Positions 1 through 9,474 of a stretch of DNA of 25,587 nucleotides are shown one piece after another. The translations under genes and the position numbers were made by a program. This stretch comes from a virus (Duplodnaviria > Caudoviricetes): positions 1 through 25,587 of the IMG/VR virus record IMGVR_UViG_3300017754_000922; one strand, given 5' to 3'. The notes under the pieces were generated by a model. That model was not told where the DNA came from. It searched no databases and saw only the letters and a list, made by a program, of their open reading frames with translations. Position 1 is the stretch's first letter; each line of letters starts with the position of its first letter.

Positions 1-1
1 C

Positions 2-613
2 TTAAAGATAAATTATTTCTTAGATGATTTCTCTAAGCAATTACTTACTGTAGATGCAGACCTTTTAGATAACTCAACATATGGTATATTTGTTTCTAAC
101 TCTACTAAGGCATTTGAGGTTAAGGAACTTGTATCTCAATTAGCACATGCAGCAATGCAGGCTCAGAAAATTGATCTATCTGATGTTATTAAGATTGTAA
201 GAGCTGATGGAGTACAAGAGGCAGAGGAGATGTTGTTAGCTTCTGAATCTAAGAAGAGAGAAGATATGCAGAGAGAGCAAATGATGCAGTTACAAAAACA
301 ACAGGAAATGCAACAACAAGCTTTTGCTCATGAAAAAGAACTAAGAGAATTTGATAGAGAAACAGACTTGATGAGAGAAGAGATTAAGAATAAGAGAGAG
401 ATACAGAAACAAACTATTTTATCAATGGGATTCTCTGAAGATAAGGATGTTGATAAGGATGGCAAGTTAGATGTTCTTGAGGTAGCTAAGCAAGGAGTTG
501 ATATAGACATCAAACAAAGAAGACAAACTTTAGAAGAACAAAAATTTAAACATCAAACAGAAGTAGATAAAGAAAAAGTAGAGTTGGATAAAAAGAAGAA
601 TAACAAAAAATAA
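2..613 (+). CDS. Portal protein, C-terminal part (5'-truncated by the window)
   Basis: The frame of ORF 155..613 is open back to position 2 (LKINYFLDDFSKQLLTVDADLLDNSTYGIFVSNS...), so ATG155 is internal. Q/E/K-rich coiled-coil tail with a DxDxDG-type motif (DVDKDG, 446-463). Position two genes upstream of the MCP fits a crAss-like portal. Confidence 0.8.
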   Translation, partial: LKINYFLDDFSKQLLTVDADLLDNSTYGIFVSNSTKAFEVKELVSQLAHAAMQAQKIDLSDVIKIVRADGVQEAEEMLLASESKKREDMQREQMMQLQKQQEMQQQAFAHEKELREFDRETDLMREEIKNKREIQKQTILSMGFSEDKDVDKDGKLDVLEVAKQGVDIDIKQRRQTLEEQKFKHQTEVDKEKVELDKKKNNKK

Positions 614-691
614 TAAAACGTAATTTAGAAACAATCAATTAGTATAACCAATTTTTAAGAATCAAACTTAAAAATATTTAATTTTCAAACT

Positions 692-699
692 TAAATTTG
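692..699 (+). promoter_or_regulatory. Candidate Bacteroidota -7 promoter element TAAATTTG
   Basis: Exact match to TAnnTTTG in the intergenic gap, 8 nt before ATG708. No clear -33 TTTG. Overlaps the second copy of a TCAAACTTAAA direct repeat (662-672, 685-695). Confidence 0.35.
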
Positions 700-707
700 T
701 AAAATGT

Positions 708-1811
708 ATGAGTACAGAAAAAGAAGTAAGCTTAGCAGATTTTAATTGGGATAACGGAGATGATTTTTTTGGTGCTACAACAATAGAAAGTAAAGAGGAT
801 AACTCTGCTTCTTTTGGGGAAGAACAAAGTAAACCATCAAAGTTAAGTCAAGTAGAAGAGGAAGAAGAACCTGAAAAGTTAGGTCCACAAAAAGAAGAAA
901 AAGAAAGTCAGGAAGATTTCTTTGATGCAGCAGAAACAGAAGAAGAAACTTCATCAAAATCTTCACAATGGTCTAGTATTTACAAGGAACTTAAAAGCAA
1001 GGGTGTTATTAGTATTGAGGTAGAAGATGAGGAAATAGATGCTGATAGGTTTGTTGAAATTCAAGAAGAAGAAATTGAAGCTAGACTAGATGAAACAATA
1101 CAAGCTTTCATGAGTGAACTTGATGATGATGCAAAAGCATTTCTAAAGTTTAAAAGAGAAGGCGGAGATACAAAACAGTTCTTTGATATATACTCCAAAT
1201 TAAGTGAAATACCTGTACCATCTGTTGATGATGAGAGATCTCAGGAAAGATTTTTAGAATACTATTATTCTAATTATGAAGACCTGGATATAGATGATGT
1301 TGATGATAAGATTCAATGGTTAAAAGAAACAGGTAAACTTGGTAAATATGCTGAAAAGATTTATGATCAATTACAAGATGATGAAGAGCAGATGAAAGCT
1401 GAAGTCTTAGAAAGACAAAAAAGAGTAGCTGCTCAACAAGAAGAACAAAGAAAGCAACTTGTAAAAGACCTTAAACATACTATAGATACTACTGGTGCAA
1501 TTAAGGATTGGAATATAACTCAGAAGGATAAAAAAGAACTTCATGGGTATATGACAAAGCCAGCAGTTAAAGTAGGACCTAATCAGTTTTTAACTCAGTT
1601 TCAGAATGATTTACAAGGAGTATTTAAAGACAAAGAAAAAATGATTCTTTTGGCTAAAATTATTAGTTCTGATTTTGATGCTACTGACTTGAAAGAAAAA
1701 GCAAAAACTGAAGTCATCAGAGAAACAAGACAAAAAATAAATAACCAAAAAGCAAATCCATCAATTAGCACAAAAGGTTCTCGCAATAAAGGGTTAGCAG
1801 ATTACTTTTAA
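708..1811 (+). CDS. Acidic scaffold-like protein between portal and MCP (crAssphage gene-77-like position)
   Basis: 367 aa with a very D/E-rich N-terminus, coiled-coil middle and basic C-terminal tail. Lies immediately upstream of the MCP. Confidence 0.7.
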   Translation: MSTEKEVSLADFNWDNGDDFFGATTIESKEDNSASFGEEQSKPSKLSQVEEEEEPEKLGPQKEEKESQEDFFDAAETEEETSSKSSQWSSIYKELKSKGVISIEVEDEEIDADRFVEIQEEEIEARLDETIQAFMSELDDDAKAFLKFKREGGDTKQFFDIYSKLSEIPVPSVDDERSQERFLEYYYSNYEDLDIDDVDDKIQWLKETGKLGKYAEKIYDQLQDDEEQMKAEVLERQKRVAAQQEEQRKQLVKDLKHTIDTTGAIKDWNITQKDKKELHGYMTKPAVKVGPNQFLTQFQNDLQGVFKDKEKMILLAKIISSDFDATDLKEKAKTEVIRETRQKINNQKANPSISTKGSRNKGLADYF

Positions 1812-1832
1812 TTTTAAACAAATTTTTTAAAA

Positions 1833-3287
1833 ATGGCACAATTAAATAATAAGTTAGTAACCAAGCAAATGCCTTGGCATGCAAACATGACAGACCTAAA
1901 TCACTTGGGTGCTGCTCTTATTGCAAAGCCACATGTATTTGAATCAGTAATGACTAAGCTATTTACAGCTACACGTTATTCTGATAATCCAATGACTTAC
2001 ATTTTATCTTCTACTGCAAAAGAAGAAGAAATCACTTCCAATGAATGGGAATGGGGTTTAAGAACAGGTTCAACTAGACCATTGGTAGTAGTTGAAAATG
2101 TAGAGCTAGCAGCTAATACAACTCCTGGTAAACTTAAGCAAACATTCAAAATCAAACTTGATGAAAACTGGTTTGTTCCAGGTGATATTATCCACCCAGG
2201 TACAACTAACAAAAAGTATCAAGTTCGTATTCAAGAAGAACCTTACAGACATGGTAAAGGTTGGGTTTACACAGTAAGATTGATGTCAGACAATGGTGCT
2301 GATTTCCTTCCTGTTACTTACCTTTCTCCAGGTACTCAATGGGCAAAGTTATTCTCTCAATATGAAGAAGCTGGAGAACAATCAGGTTCAACTCAGTACT
2401 CTCTTCCTATCACATTGAGAAATAGACTTTCTCGTTTTAGAAAGAAATACCAAATTACAGGTGATGCTCACAATCAGGTTTTGGCTGTTAAAGTTCCAGA
2501 TCCTAATGGTAAAATGCATGACACTTGGATTAAATATGCTGAGGTTGAATACTGGATGCAATGGTACAAAGAATTAGAAAGAGGTTACTGGTATTCTCGT
2601 AGTACAGACTCTGTACTAGGTGCTAATGGCAGACCTATCTATTCTGGTCCTGGTATCCAAGAGCAACTTGAAGATTCTCACATTCATCGTTATACTCACC
2701 TAACTGCTACTCTAATTGAAGAGTACTTGATGGACATTTTCTACTCTCGTGTTAAGCCTGGTGGACAACGTAAAATCAAAGCATTTACTGGTGAATATGG
2801 TATGATCATTTTCCATCGTGCAATCCAAGATTGGATGGAGAAGAAAGGATTTATCCAAGTTGTAGACCAATTGTTCATTGACAAAACTACATCTCCTTAC
2901 AATGACCAAGCTTTAGTTGCTGGTTATCAGTTTGTGAAATATAGAATGGCCAATGGTGCTGAACTAGAACTTATCCATAATCCTCTATATGATGATCGTG
3001 AAATCAACTTTGAAATTGATCCTGTTACAGGTTATCCTACAGAATCAATGAGGTTTACATTCCTTGACTTCTCTGGTGAGAAAGGTGAATCTAACATCAA
3101 GCGTATTAAGAAAAAAGGTGGTATGTCTTTGATCTATACTGCTGGTTTGATTACTCCTTATGGTCCTGTAAACAACAAACTTGCTTCTCACTCAGGTGAC
3201 TACTATGAAATGCATGTTAAAGACCAATGTGGTATCCACATGGAAGATGTATCTCGTTGTGGTGAACTTATCCTTGCTCGTAACTAA
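1833..3287 (+). CDS. Major capsid protein (crAss-like, HK97 fold expected)
   Basis: 484 aa, a typical crAss MCP size. Motifs recalled from this family include NEWEW, FKIKLDENWF..GD, RKKYQITG, GPGIQEQL, GYQFVKY...NG...HNPLYDD. Codon usage suggests high expression (CGT, ATC, TTC, AAC frequent). Followed by a strong hairpin. Confidence 0.9.
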   Translation: MAQLNNKLVTKQMPWHANMTDLNHLGAALIAKPHVFESVMTKLFTATRYSDNPMTYILSSTAKEEEITSNEWEWGLRTGSTRPLVVVENVELAANTTPGKLKQTFKIKLDENWFVPGDIIHPGTTNKKYQVRIQEEPYRHGKGWVYTVRLMSDNGADFLPVTYLSPGTQWAKLFSQYEEAGEQSGSTQYSLPITLRNRLSRFRKKYQITGDAHNQVLAVKVPDPNGKMHDTWIKYAEVEYWMQWYKELERGYWYSRSTDSVLGANGRPIYSGPGIQEQLEDSHIHRYTHLTATLIEEYLMDIFYSRVKPGGQRKIKAFTGEYGMIIFHRAIQDWMEKKGFIQVVDQLFIDKTTSPYNDQALVAGYQFVKYRMANGAELELIHNPLYDDREINFEIDPVTGYPTESMRFTFLDFSGEKGESNIKRIKKKGGMSLIYTAGLITPYGPVNNKLASHSGDYYEMHVKDQCGIHMEDVSRCGELILARN

Positions 3288-3297
3288 AATCCAATAT

Positions 3298-3322
3298 AGG
3301 AGAGGGGTTATTCCCCTCTCCT
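3298..3322 (+). terminator. GC-rich hairpin after the MCP (leaky terminator or mRNA-stabilising stem)
   Basis: AGGAGAGGGG (3298-3307), TTATT loop, CCCCTCTCCT (3313-3322): a perfect 10-bp stem, followed by only a weak U-tract. Confidence 0.7.
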
Positions 3323-3368
3323 TATAATACTTCACTTCATTCCAATTTTTTTAACTAAATAGAATTTT

Positions 3369-4178
3369 ATGTCAGAACGTAATCCAAATTTTGTAGAATT
3401 AAGACCTATAGAAACAAGTAAGTGGCATGGTAAAACAGGTAAAGATGACTTTAGTCAAGACCAATCTTCACAAGTTTTATATGATGCAACAACAGGTAAA
3501 TATGCAACTGGCTTAACAGAAGAAGAAGCAGAGAAATATGGTAAGCTAATGGGTTTAGATTTAAGTGATACTTTTAATCCTAATAAACCTCATGAGTTTT
3601 GGTCAACTAAAGTAGCACAGTTAAAGTTTCCTAACAGAACACTTGTGTTAGATATATCAAGACCATTAGACTATATTAAAGTTAAAAACTACAAAGCTTC
3701 TGTATATGTAGCTAATTCAGAAAAAGAATATCAGGAAGGTAGATGGCCTTTAGCAACACATATTCTTTATGATGAAGGAGAACATGTTGAGATTGAAGCA
3801 CACAAGTTAAATAAGAAGAAAGAAGCTTATAAGATTATTGATAAGCTTACTAAAGAACAAAAAGTTTCTTTGATACAGATCATCTTAGATATTTCAGTAA
3901 GAAAACAATCCAATGAATTCATTGAGGTTAAGATTTCTGAAATTATTGAAGGAGAATATATAAATGAATTTTTGAAATATTCTAAAATGGATAAAAACCA
4001 ACTATACATTAAGGGTATGGTGGTTGAAGCTTTATACAAGAATATTTTAACTAAAGAAGGTGCAGGTATTTATTACATGGGTGATATACTTGGACATAGC
4101 ATAGAAGATGTTACAGAGTACTTTGCTAACCCTCAGAATCAAGAGATTAAAGCAAGAATATTAGAAAAACTAAACTAA
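3369..4178 (+). CDS. Conserved crAss-like protein downstream of the MCP (gene-75-like), function unknown
   Basis: 269 aa, directly after the MCP. Motifs TGLT.EE, FW, LD...PLD and a helical C-terminus. Confidence 0.7.
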   Translation: MSERNPNFVELRPIETSKWHGKTGKDDFSQDQSSQVLYDATTGKYATGLTEEEAEKYGKLMGLDLSDTFNPNKPHEFWSTKVAQLKFPNRTLVLDISRPLDYIKVKNYKASVYVANSEKEYQEGRWPLATHILYDEGEHVEIEAHKLNKKKEAYKIIDKLTKEQKVSLIQIILDISVRKQSNEFIEVKISEIIEGEYINEFLKYSKMDKNQLYIKGMVVEALYKNILTKEGAGIYYMGDILGHSIEDVTEYFANPQNQEIKARILEKLN

Positions 4179-4195
4179 TAAATAAATAGTGGGAC

Positions 4196-4912
4196 ATGGA
4201 TGCTAGAGCAATGCATTATGATTTAAAATTTAAACTTAACAAAGTTGATTCTCAACAATTCAGAAACTTAAAGGTTCCTGAAATTGACTGGGCACTTAAT
4301 GAAGCACAAGAAGTTTTTATCAAAAACATTGCTGAACCAAGAACCAAAAACGGTTATGGATTTGAAGTGAATCAGAGGAGTATAGATGACATCAGAACTA
4401 TAGTTGTGAATAATCTAACTCCTCTTCCTACTATCCCATTTGATACAAAGTCTGATACAGTAACATTACCTGTAGACTATTTGTATTTCTTATCAGGCTA
4501 TGCCTGTATTACAAAAGGAAAATGTGAAACTAAAGCTAGACTTTATTTAAAGCAGCATGATGATTTACATGAAGAGAGTCCTTTTGACTGTAGTTCATTT
4601 GAATGGGGAGAAGTCAATATAAGATTTTTCGAAAATGGACTACGAGTATTTAATGATGCAACCTTTATTGTCGATTCCATATGTGAGTTTAATTACATTA
4701 GGAAACCTAAATATATACAAAATGCTCAAGATTATGTTGGTGGAACTTATAAGTTACCTAATGGTACTATACTATCAGGTTTCCAAAATTGTGAGTTATC
4801 AGAACATACTCATAGAGAGATTGTAGATATTGCTGTACTTATCCTAACTGGACAAATGCAGATTCCTGATTATCAGATTAAACAAGCAAAAATTAGTCTT
4901 TTAAACAATTAA
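4196..4912 (+). CDS. Tail/neck ring protein (gene-74-like)
   Basis: 238 aa. Motifs EID..LNEAQ, GFE..QR..DD.R, LP.DYLY, Y.RKP and CEL.EH.H.EIVD.AV resemble crAss ring proteins. Syntenic position fits. Confidence 0.75.
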   Translation: MDARAMHYDLKFKLNKVDSQQFRNLKVPEIDWALNEAQEVFIKNIAEPRTKNGYGFEVNQRSIDDIRTIVVNNLTPLPTIPFDTKSDTVTLPVDYLYFLSGYACITKGKCETKARLYLKQHDDLHEESPFDCSSFEWGEVNIRFFENGLRVFNDATFIVDSICEFNYIRKPKYIQNAQDYVGGTYKLPNGTILSGFQNCELSEHTHREIVDIAVLILTGQMQIPDYQIKQAKISLLNN

Positions 4913-4926
4913 ATTAATTTAAAAAA

Positions 4927-6117
4927 ATGAGTGCAAATAACCCAGTTTTTCAAGTACTTGTACCTACTGGAAATCAAGGAATACTAGCAGCAGGTTCTGC
5001 TGTGACTTCTTTAGCAGTTGGTCAAATTGGTGTATTTTCTGCTACTACAGGTTTATCTCAAGATGCTACCACTATTGTTAATGAAAGAGCTATCTTTTTG
5101 GCAGTAGGTGTAGATACAACTGGAGGTACTACTTTAAATAGTGTTAACACATCAGCAGGTCAAAACATTCCTAGAAATGACATTGATGCTTATAGCTTCA
5201 GATGTTATAACCCTGAACAACCAAACATTGTAGACATTACAAACTTTACTAATGTTGAGTGTGAAACTACCTACTCTTTCAAAATTGAATTTAGAGGTAA
5301 TTCTCAAGCATACCAAATGTATGGTTTCAATCAGTTTACTAAAGTTTTCTCTGTAACAACTCCTTGTTGTGGTGCAGGTTGTGATTGCCCAAGTGGTGAT
5401 TGTAACAAGCTAGCAGAACTATTTGTTAATGCAGTTAATGCTGATACAGATGGTATTGTATTTGCTAACTACCTTGACTACACTACAACTCCAGGTTCTC
5501 CTGTTGTAGTTCCTGCTGTTGACGTTGCTGCATGGATTGCTGCTAACCCTGGTAAGTGTTTAGGAGTTCGTTTAACAGACATTCCTTCTAAAGTTTATAC
5601 TTACTGCCAAATTCCTCTAAGATACTACAAGATGGTACAATTCTTAATGATTGTTTCATTGATTGATGATCTTAGTTGTGAAGCACTTACTAACACTTTC
5701 CAAATTCCTTCATTTGGTGAAGGTCAAGGTAAAGACATTGGATGGTTAGAGTATGAAGCAGGTGGATACAATGGTAAACCTGGTCCTTACAGAGTTGGTG
5801 AAATGGCTGGTACAGCTATTGGTAACTTTGAAAGATACTCTACTAATTCAGGTAAGTACAATCAATTAAACCTTCACTATTCTCCTCAAATTGTAGGTGG
5901 ATGGGATGAGTACAAAAACAAAATGAATACTATAGTAGTTGCTGAGTGTACTACAGGTGTTAATGCCAATAGAACATTTGATCAATTACTTCCTGTTCTT
6001 GATGCTTACTTTGGTACTCAAGGATTCAAACCATTAGAAGATGCTCTTGCAAATTGTGACTGTTCTACAGTTCAATTTACTGATGAGTTTGCTGCTGATG
6101 AAAATGGTTTAGGATAA
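4927..6117 (+). CDS. Abundant structural protein, probable auxiliary capsid protein (gene-73-like)
   Basis: 396 aa, T/G/V/N-rich beta composition, GEG.G...LE motif, 13 Cys. MCP-like codon bias and its own terminator suggest high copy number. Confidence 0.65.
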   Translation: MSANNPVFQVLVPTGNQGILAAGSAVTSLAVGQIGVFSATTGLSQDATTIVNERAIFLAVGVDTTGGTTLNSVNTSAGQNIPRNDIDAYSFRCYNPEQPNIVDITNFTNVECETTYSFKIEFRGNSQAYQMYGFNQFTKVFSVTTPCCGAGCDCPSGDCNKLAELFVNAVNADTDGIVFANYLDYTTTPGSPVVVPAVDVAAWIAANPGKCLGVRLTDIPSKVYTYCQIPLRYYKMVQFLMIVSLIDDLSCEALTNTFQIPSFGEGQGKDIGWLEYEAGGYNGKPGPYRVGEMAGTAIGNFERYSTNSGKYNQLNLHYSPQIVGGWDEYKNKMNTIVVAECTTGVNANRTFDQLLPVLDAYFGTQGFKPLEDALANCDCSTVQFTDEFAADENGLG

Positions 6118-6130
6118 TTCTAATTTATAT

Positions 6131-6170
6131 AAAAAGAGAGAGAAACACTCTCTCTCTTTTTTATTTTTTT
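6131..6170 (+). terminator. Intrinsic terminator
   Basis: AAAAAGAGAGAGA (6131-6143), AACAC loop, TCTCTCTCTTTTT (6149-6161), then TATTTTTTT. Confidence 0.8.
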
Positions 6171-6191
6171 CATTCTTTAAAATTAAATAAA

Positions 6192-6674
6192 ATGGGAATC
6201 CCTAAATATTTAGAAGAAAAAATTAAATCTATTATTCATTGTTGTATATCTGCTATCCAAGCTGCTATAGCTCCTAATACTCCTACTTTTATCTTAAGAA
6301 GACCTAATGATGAGCCTTTTGTAATTGATGGTCCTAATAATGATCAAGCTACTGTAGGTATGGCAGATTATGCTTTAGTTGGTACTCCTGTAATTACAGG
6401 TAAGCAATATAATGGAATTGATGTTTATGAAGCTAGATTTGATACTGTTCTTTCAACTACTGGTGGCACTATTACTTTAGAAACTGGTGTTGATAGATTA
6501 TTTGAAGCTGATTTAGTTTTTCTTTCAGCTGGCATTCAATATTATCTTAATGGTACAATAGATACTGTTTGTGATGCTCATGTAATAGTTGATGGAACAG
6601 ATTTAAAACTTGTATGGACTACTGCTCATACTACTGATAGAGTATACTCTATTGTAAGATTTATTTATGATTAA
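6192..6674 (+). CDS. Hypothetical virion (fibre/decoration-like) protein
   Basis: 160 aa, A-rich start, N-terminal helix with CC followed by a beta-rich domain. Confidence 0.6.
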   Translation: MGIPKYLEEKIKSIIHCCISAIQAAIAPNTPTFILRRPNDEPFVIDGPNNDQATVGMADYALVGTPVITGKQYNGIDVYEARFDTVLSTTGGTITLETGVDRLFEADLVFLSAGIQYYLNGTIDTVCDAHVIVDGTDLKLVWTTAHTTDRVYSIVRFIYD

Positions 6675-6686
6675 TAAAAATCAAAA

Positions 6687-7559
6687 ATGCTAACATTATC
6701 TAAAACAACAGATTGTGGGTATATAAAAATAGAGTCCGATATTTTATCGGACTTTATTTCTAATCCTCAAAACTATACTAGTTTTACAGTTACTGGAAAA
6801 GTTAATTGTTGCACAGAGTCTAACCATACTCAAACTATAATTGGAGATCAAATAGGTCTTAGTGAATGGACTATAAAATTTCCAACTACTACTACATCTT
6901 ATATCAATGGTATTTGGTTTGAAAACATTTATACTAATGCTAGTTTTAATGTATTGACAACTCCATTACTTGTAGGAAATTATAGTTGTTCAATAGGAAC
7001 TATTACTGCTTTATTTCCAATTGTTGAACAATACTTTGTAGATAACTTTGCTATAGTTCCTACTCAAAGTTATACTTATGATTCTTTAACTGGAGAATGT
7101 ATATATACTATTTCTGATTTACCTTCATCAATTAAACCTAAGTATTTTGAAGTAGAAACTAGTTCTATAGTTACCTATACTTATTTTAGTTTCTTACCTA
7201 TAAATAATGGATTCTTTGATGGTGCAGCATTGTTATTGAGTCCTATGTTTTTTGCTCAAGGTAACACTTTTCAAGATGGGGTATATACTATAACATTGAA
7301 TTACATTAATTCAGAAGGTAACATCATTACAGAAACCAATTGTTTCTTTTTAGATTGTAATACTGGTTGTACAGTATCAACAAAGATAAAAGAATTACAA
7401 GAAGCTAGTAATGAAAAAAATGCTACTAATATCTTTTTATTACATTACACTCTAGTTGAAGGTTCTAATTGTGGTTGTAATTGTGATGAACTTTGTGAAA
7501 TATTTCGGAAATTGTGTACTAATTTAAATTCATCTTCTTGCCTTTGTGGTTGTGTATGA
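6687..7559 (+). CDS. Cys-rich virion protein, possible tail hub/fibre-attachment protein
   Basis: 290 aa, T/S/N/I-rich, DGVY motif, C-terminal Cys cluster (CGCNCDELC...CLCGCV), 16 Cys. Confidence 0.55.
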   Translation: MLTLSKTTDCGYIKIESDILSDFISNPQNYTSFTVTGKVNCCTESNHTQTIIGDQIGLSEWTIKFPTTTTSYINGIWFENIYTNASFNVLTTPLLVGNYSCSIGTITALFPIVEQYFVDNFAIVPTQSYTYDSLTGECIYTISDLPSSIKPKYFEVETSSIVTYTYFSFLPINNGFFDGAALLLSPMFFAQGNTFQDGVYTITLNYINSEGNIITETNCFFLDCNTGCTVSTKIKELQEASNEKNATNIFLLHYTLVEGSNCGCNCDELCEIFRKLCTNLNSSSCLCGCV

Positions 7560-9058
7560 AAACAAACTGTAACATAGTTAAAAACATGTATGACAGAGTA
7601 ATCCGAAGAAAACTTGGATTACTCTGTACTGATGACTTATCTAATGAAATATATTTAGAATCTTACAGAAATAGATTAGACTGTGAGATAGTTGATACAT
7701 CTTGTTATGGTGATAACAAACCATGTGAAACTACTACTTATATACCTTGTGGTTTTACTGTAAATATTACCTATGAACAAATAAATGGTAACTATGTATT
7801 TACTGCAACTCCTACTGGCAATGTTGGTGCTGTAACTTATACTTGGGATTTTAATCCTTTTGCATGGAATGTAGTAAGTATTATAGGAAATGTAATGACA
7901 TTAGAGCCAGCATATCCTATAGGTGGATCTTTTATTTCTGTTACAGGGTTAGACACTAGAGAGTGTCCTGCAGTAGATTATATTAGAAATGTACAATACT
8001 ATACTGCTTTAGCTTTGACTACAGATTATAAATGTAAGATAGGTGACATAGGAGATTTCTGTATTACAGTTGTAGGTGGATATCCTCCTTATACTTTAGT
8101 AGGATCTCCAGGTGGTGGAGAAGTTATAACTTCAAGTGGAGGTTCATATTGTGAATCTCTTTTAAATGGAACTTCTTGGAGTGTGTATGCTATAGATTCC
8201 CAATCTAATGTAACTCCAATTAATTCAGGAACTATAGTTTGTCCTTTTGATTGTGATAGTGTTACTATTAATTCTGATGTAACTATAGATTGTTTAGTAG
8301 ATGGATTAGGAAACTCAACAGGTCAAGCTCAAGTATCTGCTAATCCTACAGGTGGTACTGCACCTTATATTACTACAATATCAGTTAATGGTGGTCTTCC
8401 AGTTACTTTTGTAAATGGATCTATATACAATCATGATGATGATATTGAAATATTTGTAGTAGATGCTAATAATTGTGAAGGATACTTTATGGATAAGATA
8501 TCTTGTCCTCCTACAGTTCCTGGTGGTTTATTTGATGATTGTGAAGCCTTAGCTGGATATTTAAAAGATAATGGTGGTGTATTTGCAATACAAGTTTCTA
8601 TTCTTAATGCTGCACTTGCAGTAGGTGGTGGCTACTTTGTAGACTATAAAGTTGAATGGGTTAGTACTATTCCTGCTCCTTTAACTATTGCTAACTTTCC
8701 TGTAGTACAAGCTACTATTACAAATAATACAATTACTAATTTAGGTAGTCAAACTGTATTACCTTCTTTTGCACCAATAGGTAATCCATATGTATATAAT
8801 GGTGGAATAGTTACTAATAACCAAGTAACTATACAAGCAGGTTATACTACAAATTTAATTTGTGGTCCTTCACTTAGAGCTTTTGTTCCAGGAGTTCCTA
8901 ACTTAAGTTTAAAAGTTGATTTAGATTTTACTGTAGTATTACCTAGTGGATTAGTTTGCCATTTGTGTGATTCAGCATTGTTTAGTTTAGATTATGATCC
9001 TTGTGATTTTATTCCTACAGATCAAATTGAATTTCTTTTATTAACTGTTTGCCCATAA
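7556..9058 (+). CDS. Cys-rich fibre/adhesin-like protein with SprB-like repeats
   Basis: The more likely start is ATG7556 (ATGA overlap with the upstream TGA 7557-7559) rather than TTG7538. Contains GGYPPYT (8075-), TGGTAPY (8348-) and VVDANNC motifs. About 21 Cys. Confidence 0.65.
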   Translation: MKTNCNIVKNMYDRVIRRKLGLLCTDDLSNEIYLESYRNRLDCEIVDTSCYGDNKPCETTTYIPCGFTVNITYEQINGNYVFTATPTGNVGAVTYTWDFNPFAWNVVSIIGNVMTLEPAYPIGGSFISVTGLDTRECPAVDYIRNVQYYTALALTTDYKCKIGDIGDFCITVVGGYPPYTLVGSPGGGEVITSSGGSYCESLLNGTSWSVYAIDSQSNVTPINSGTIVCPFDCDSVTINSDVTIDCLVDGLGNSTGQAQVSANPTGGTAPYITTISVNGGLPVTFVNGSIYNHDDDIEIFVVDANNCEGYFMDKISCPPTVPGGLFDDCEALAGYLKDNGGVFAIQVSILNAALAVGGGYFVDYKVEWVSTIPAPLTIANFPVVQATITNNTITNLGSQTVLPSFAPIGNPYVYNGGIVTNNQVTIQAGYTTNLICGPSLRAFVPGVPNLSLKVDLDFTVVLPSGLVCHLCDSALFSLDYDPCDFIPTDQIEFLLLTVCP

Positions 9059-9086
9059 TTTATTAAACTTAAAATATTATAATGAG

Positions 9087-9473
9087 ATGTTTACTGATCC
9101 CCTTATTTCTAAACTTATAATTTATATTTTAACTTTTTTATTTGCATCACTAATAGGAGTGTTAACTTGGGTTGGTAAATCTATAATTTCTAAGATTAAT
9201 ATTATAGTGCAAAACCAAGAGCATGATGCTATAGATAGAACAAGTATTAAAAAGGATATAGATTCAATTAAATGTGATATAAGTGAAGTTAAATCAGAAC
9301 TTAAAGATATCACAGAAATAAAACAAAAACTTGTTAAGCTTGAAACCAATGAAGTACACCTTATCTCTAATGTATCTAGCATTATAAATAACATGGGTGA
9401 TGTTCAAAAAAAACTTACTGAGTTATCTGAAAAGGTTTCTGTCCATGAACAAATAATAATTAAACCTAAATAA
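9087..9473 (+). CDS. Membrane-anchored coiled-coil protein (holin/spanin-like lysis accessory candidate)
   Basis: N-terminal hydrophobic helix LIIYILTFLFASLIGVLTWVG followed by a heptad coiled coil. Confidence 0.55.
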   Translation: MFTDPLISKLIIYILTFLFASLIGVLTWVGKSIISKINIIVQNQEHDAIDRTSIKKDIDSIKCDISEVKSELKDITEIKQKLVKLETNEVHLISNVSSIINNMGDVQKKLTELSEKVSVHEQIIIKPK

Positions 9474-9474
9474 T

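Noticed and set aside
155-613. Stand-alone 152-aa gene starting at ATG155
   Set aside because: The frame is open to the window edge, so this is the tail of the portal gene.
4635-4826. Alternative-frame + ORF of 63 aa
   Set aside because: Nested inside the ring gene with no recognisable motif.
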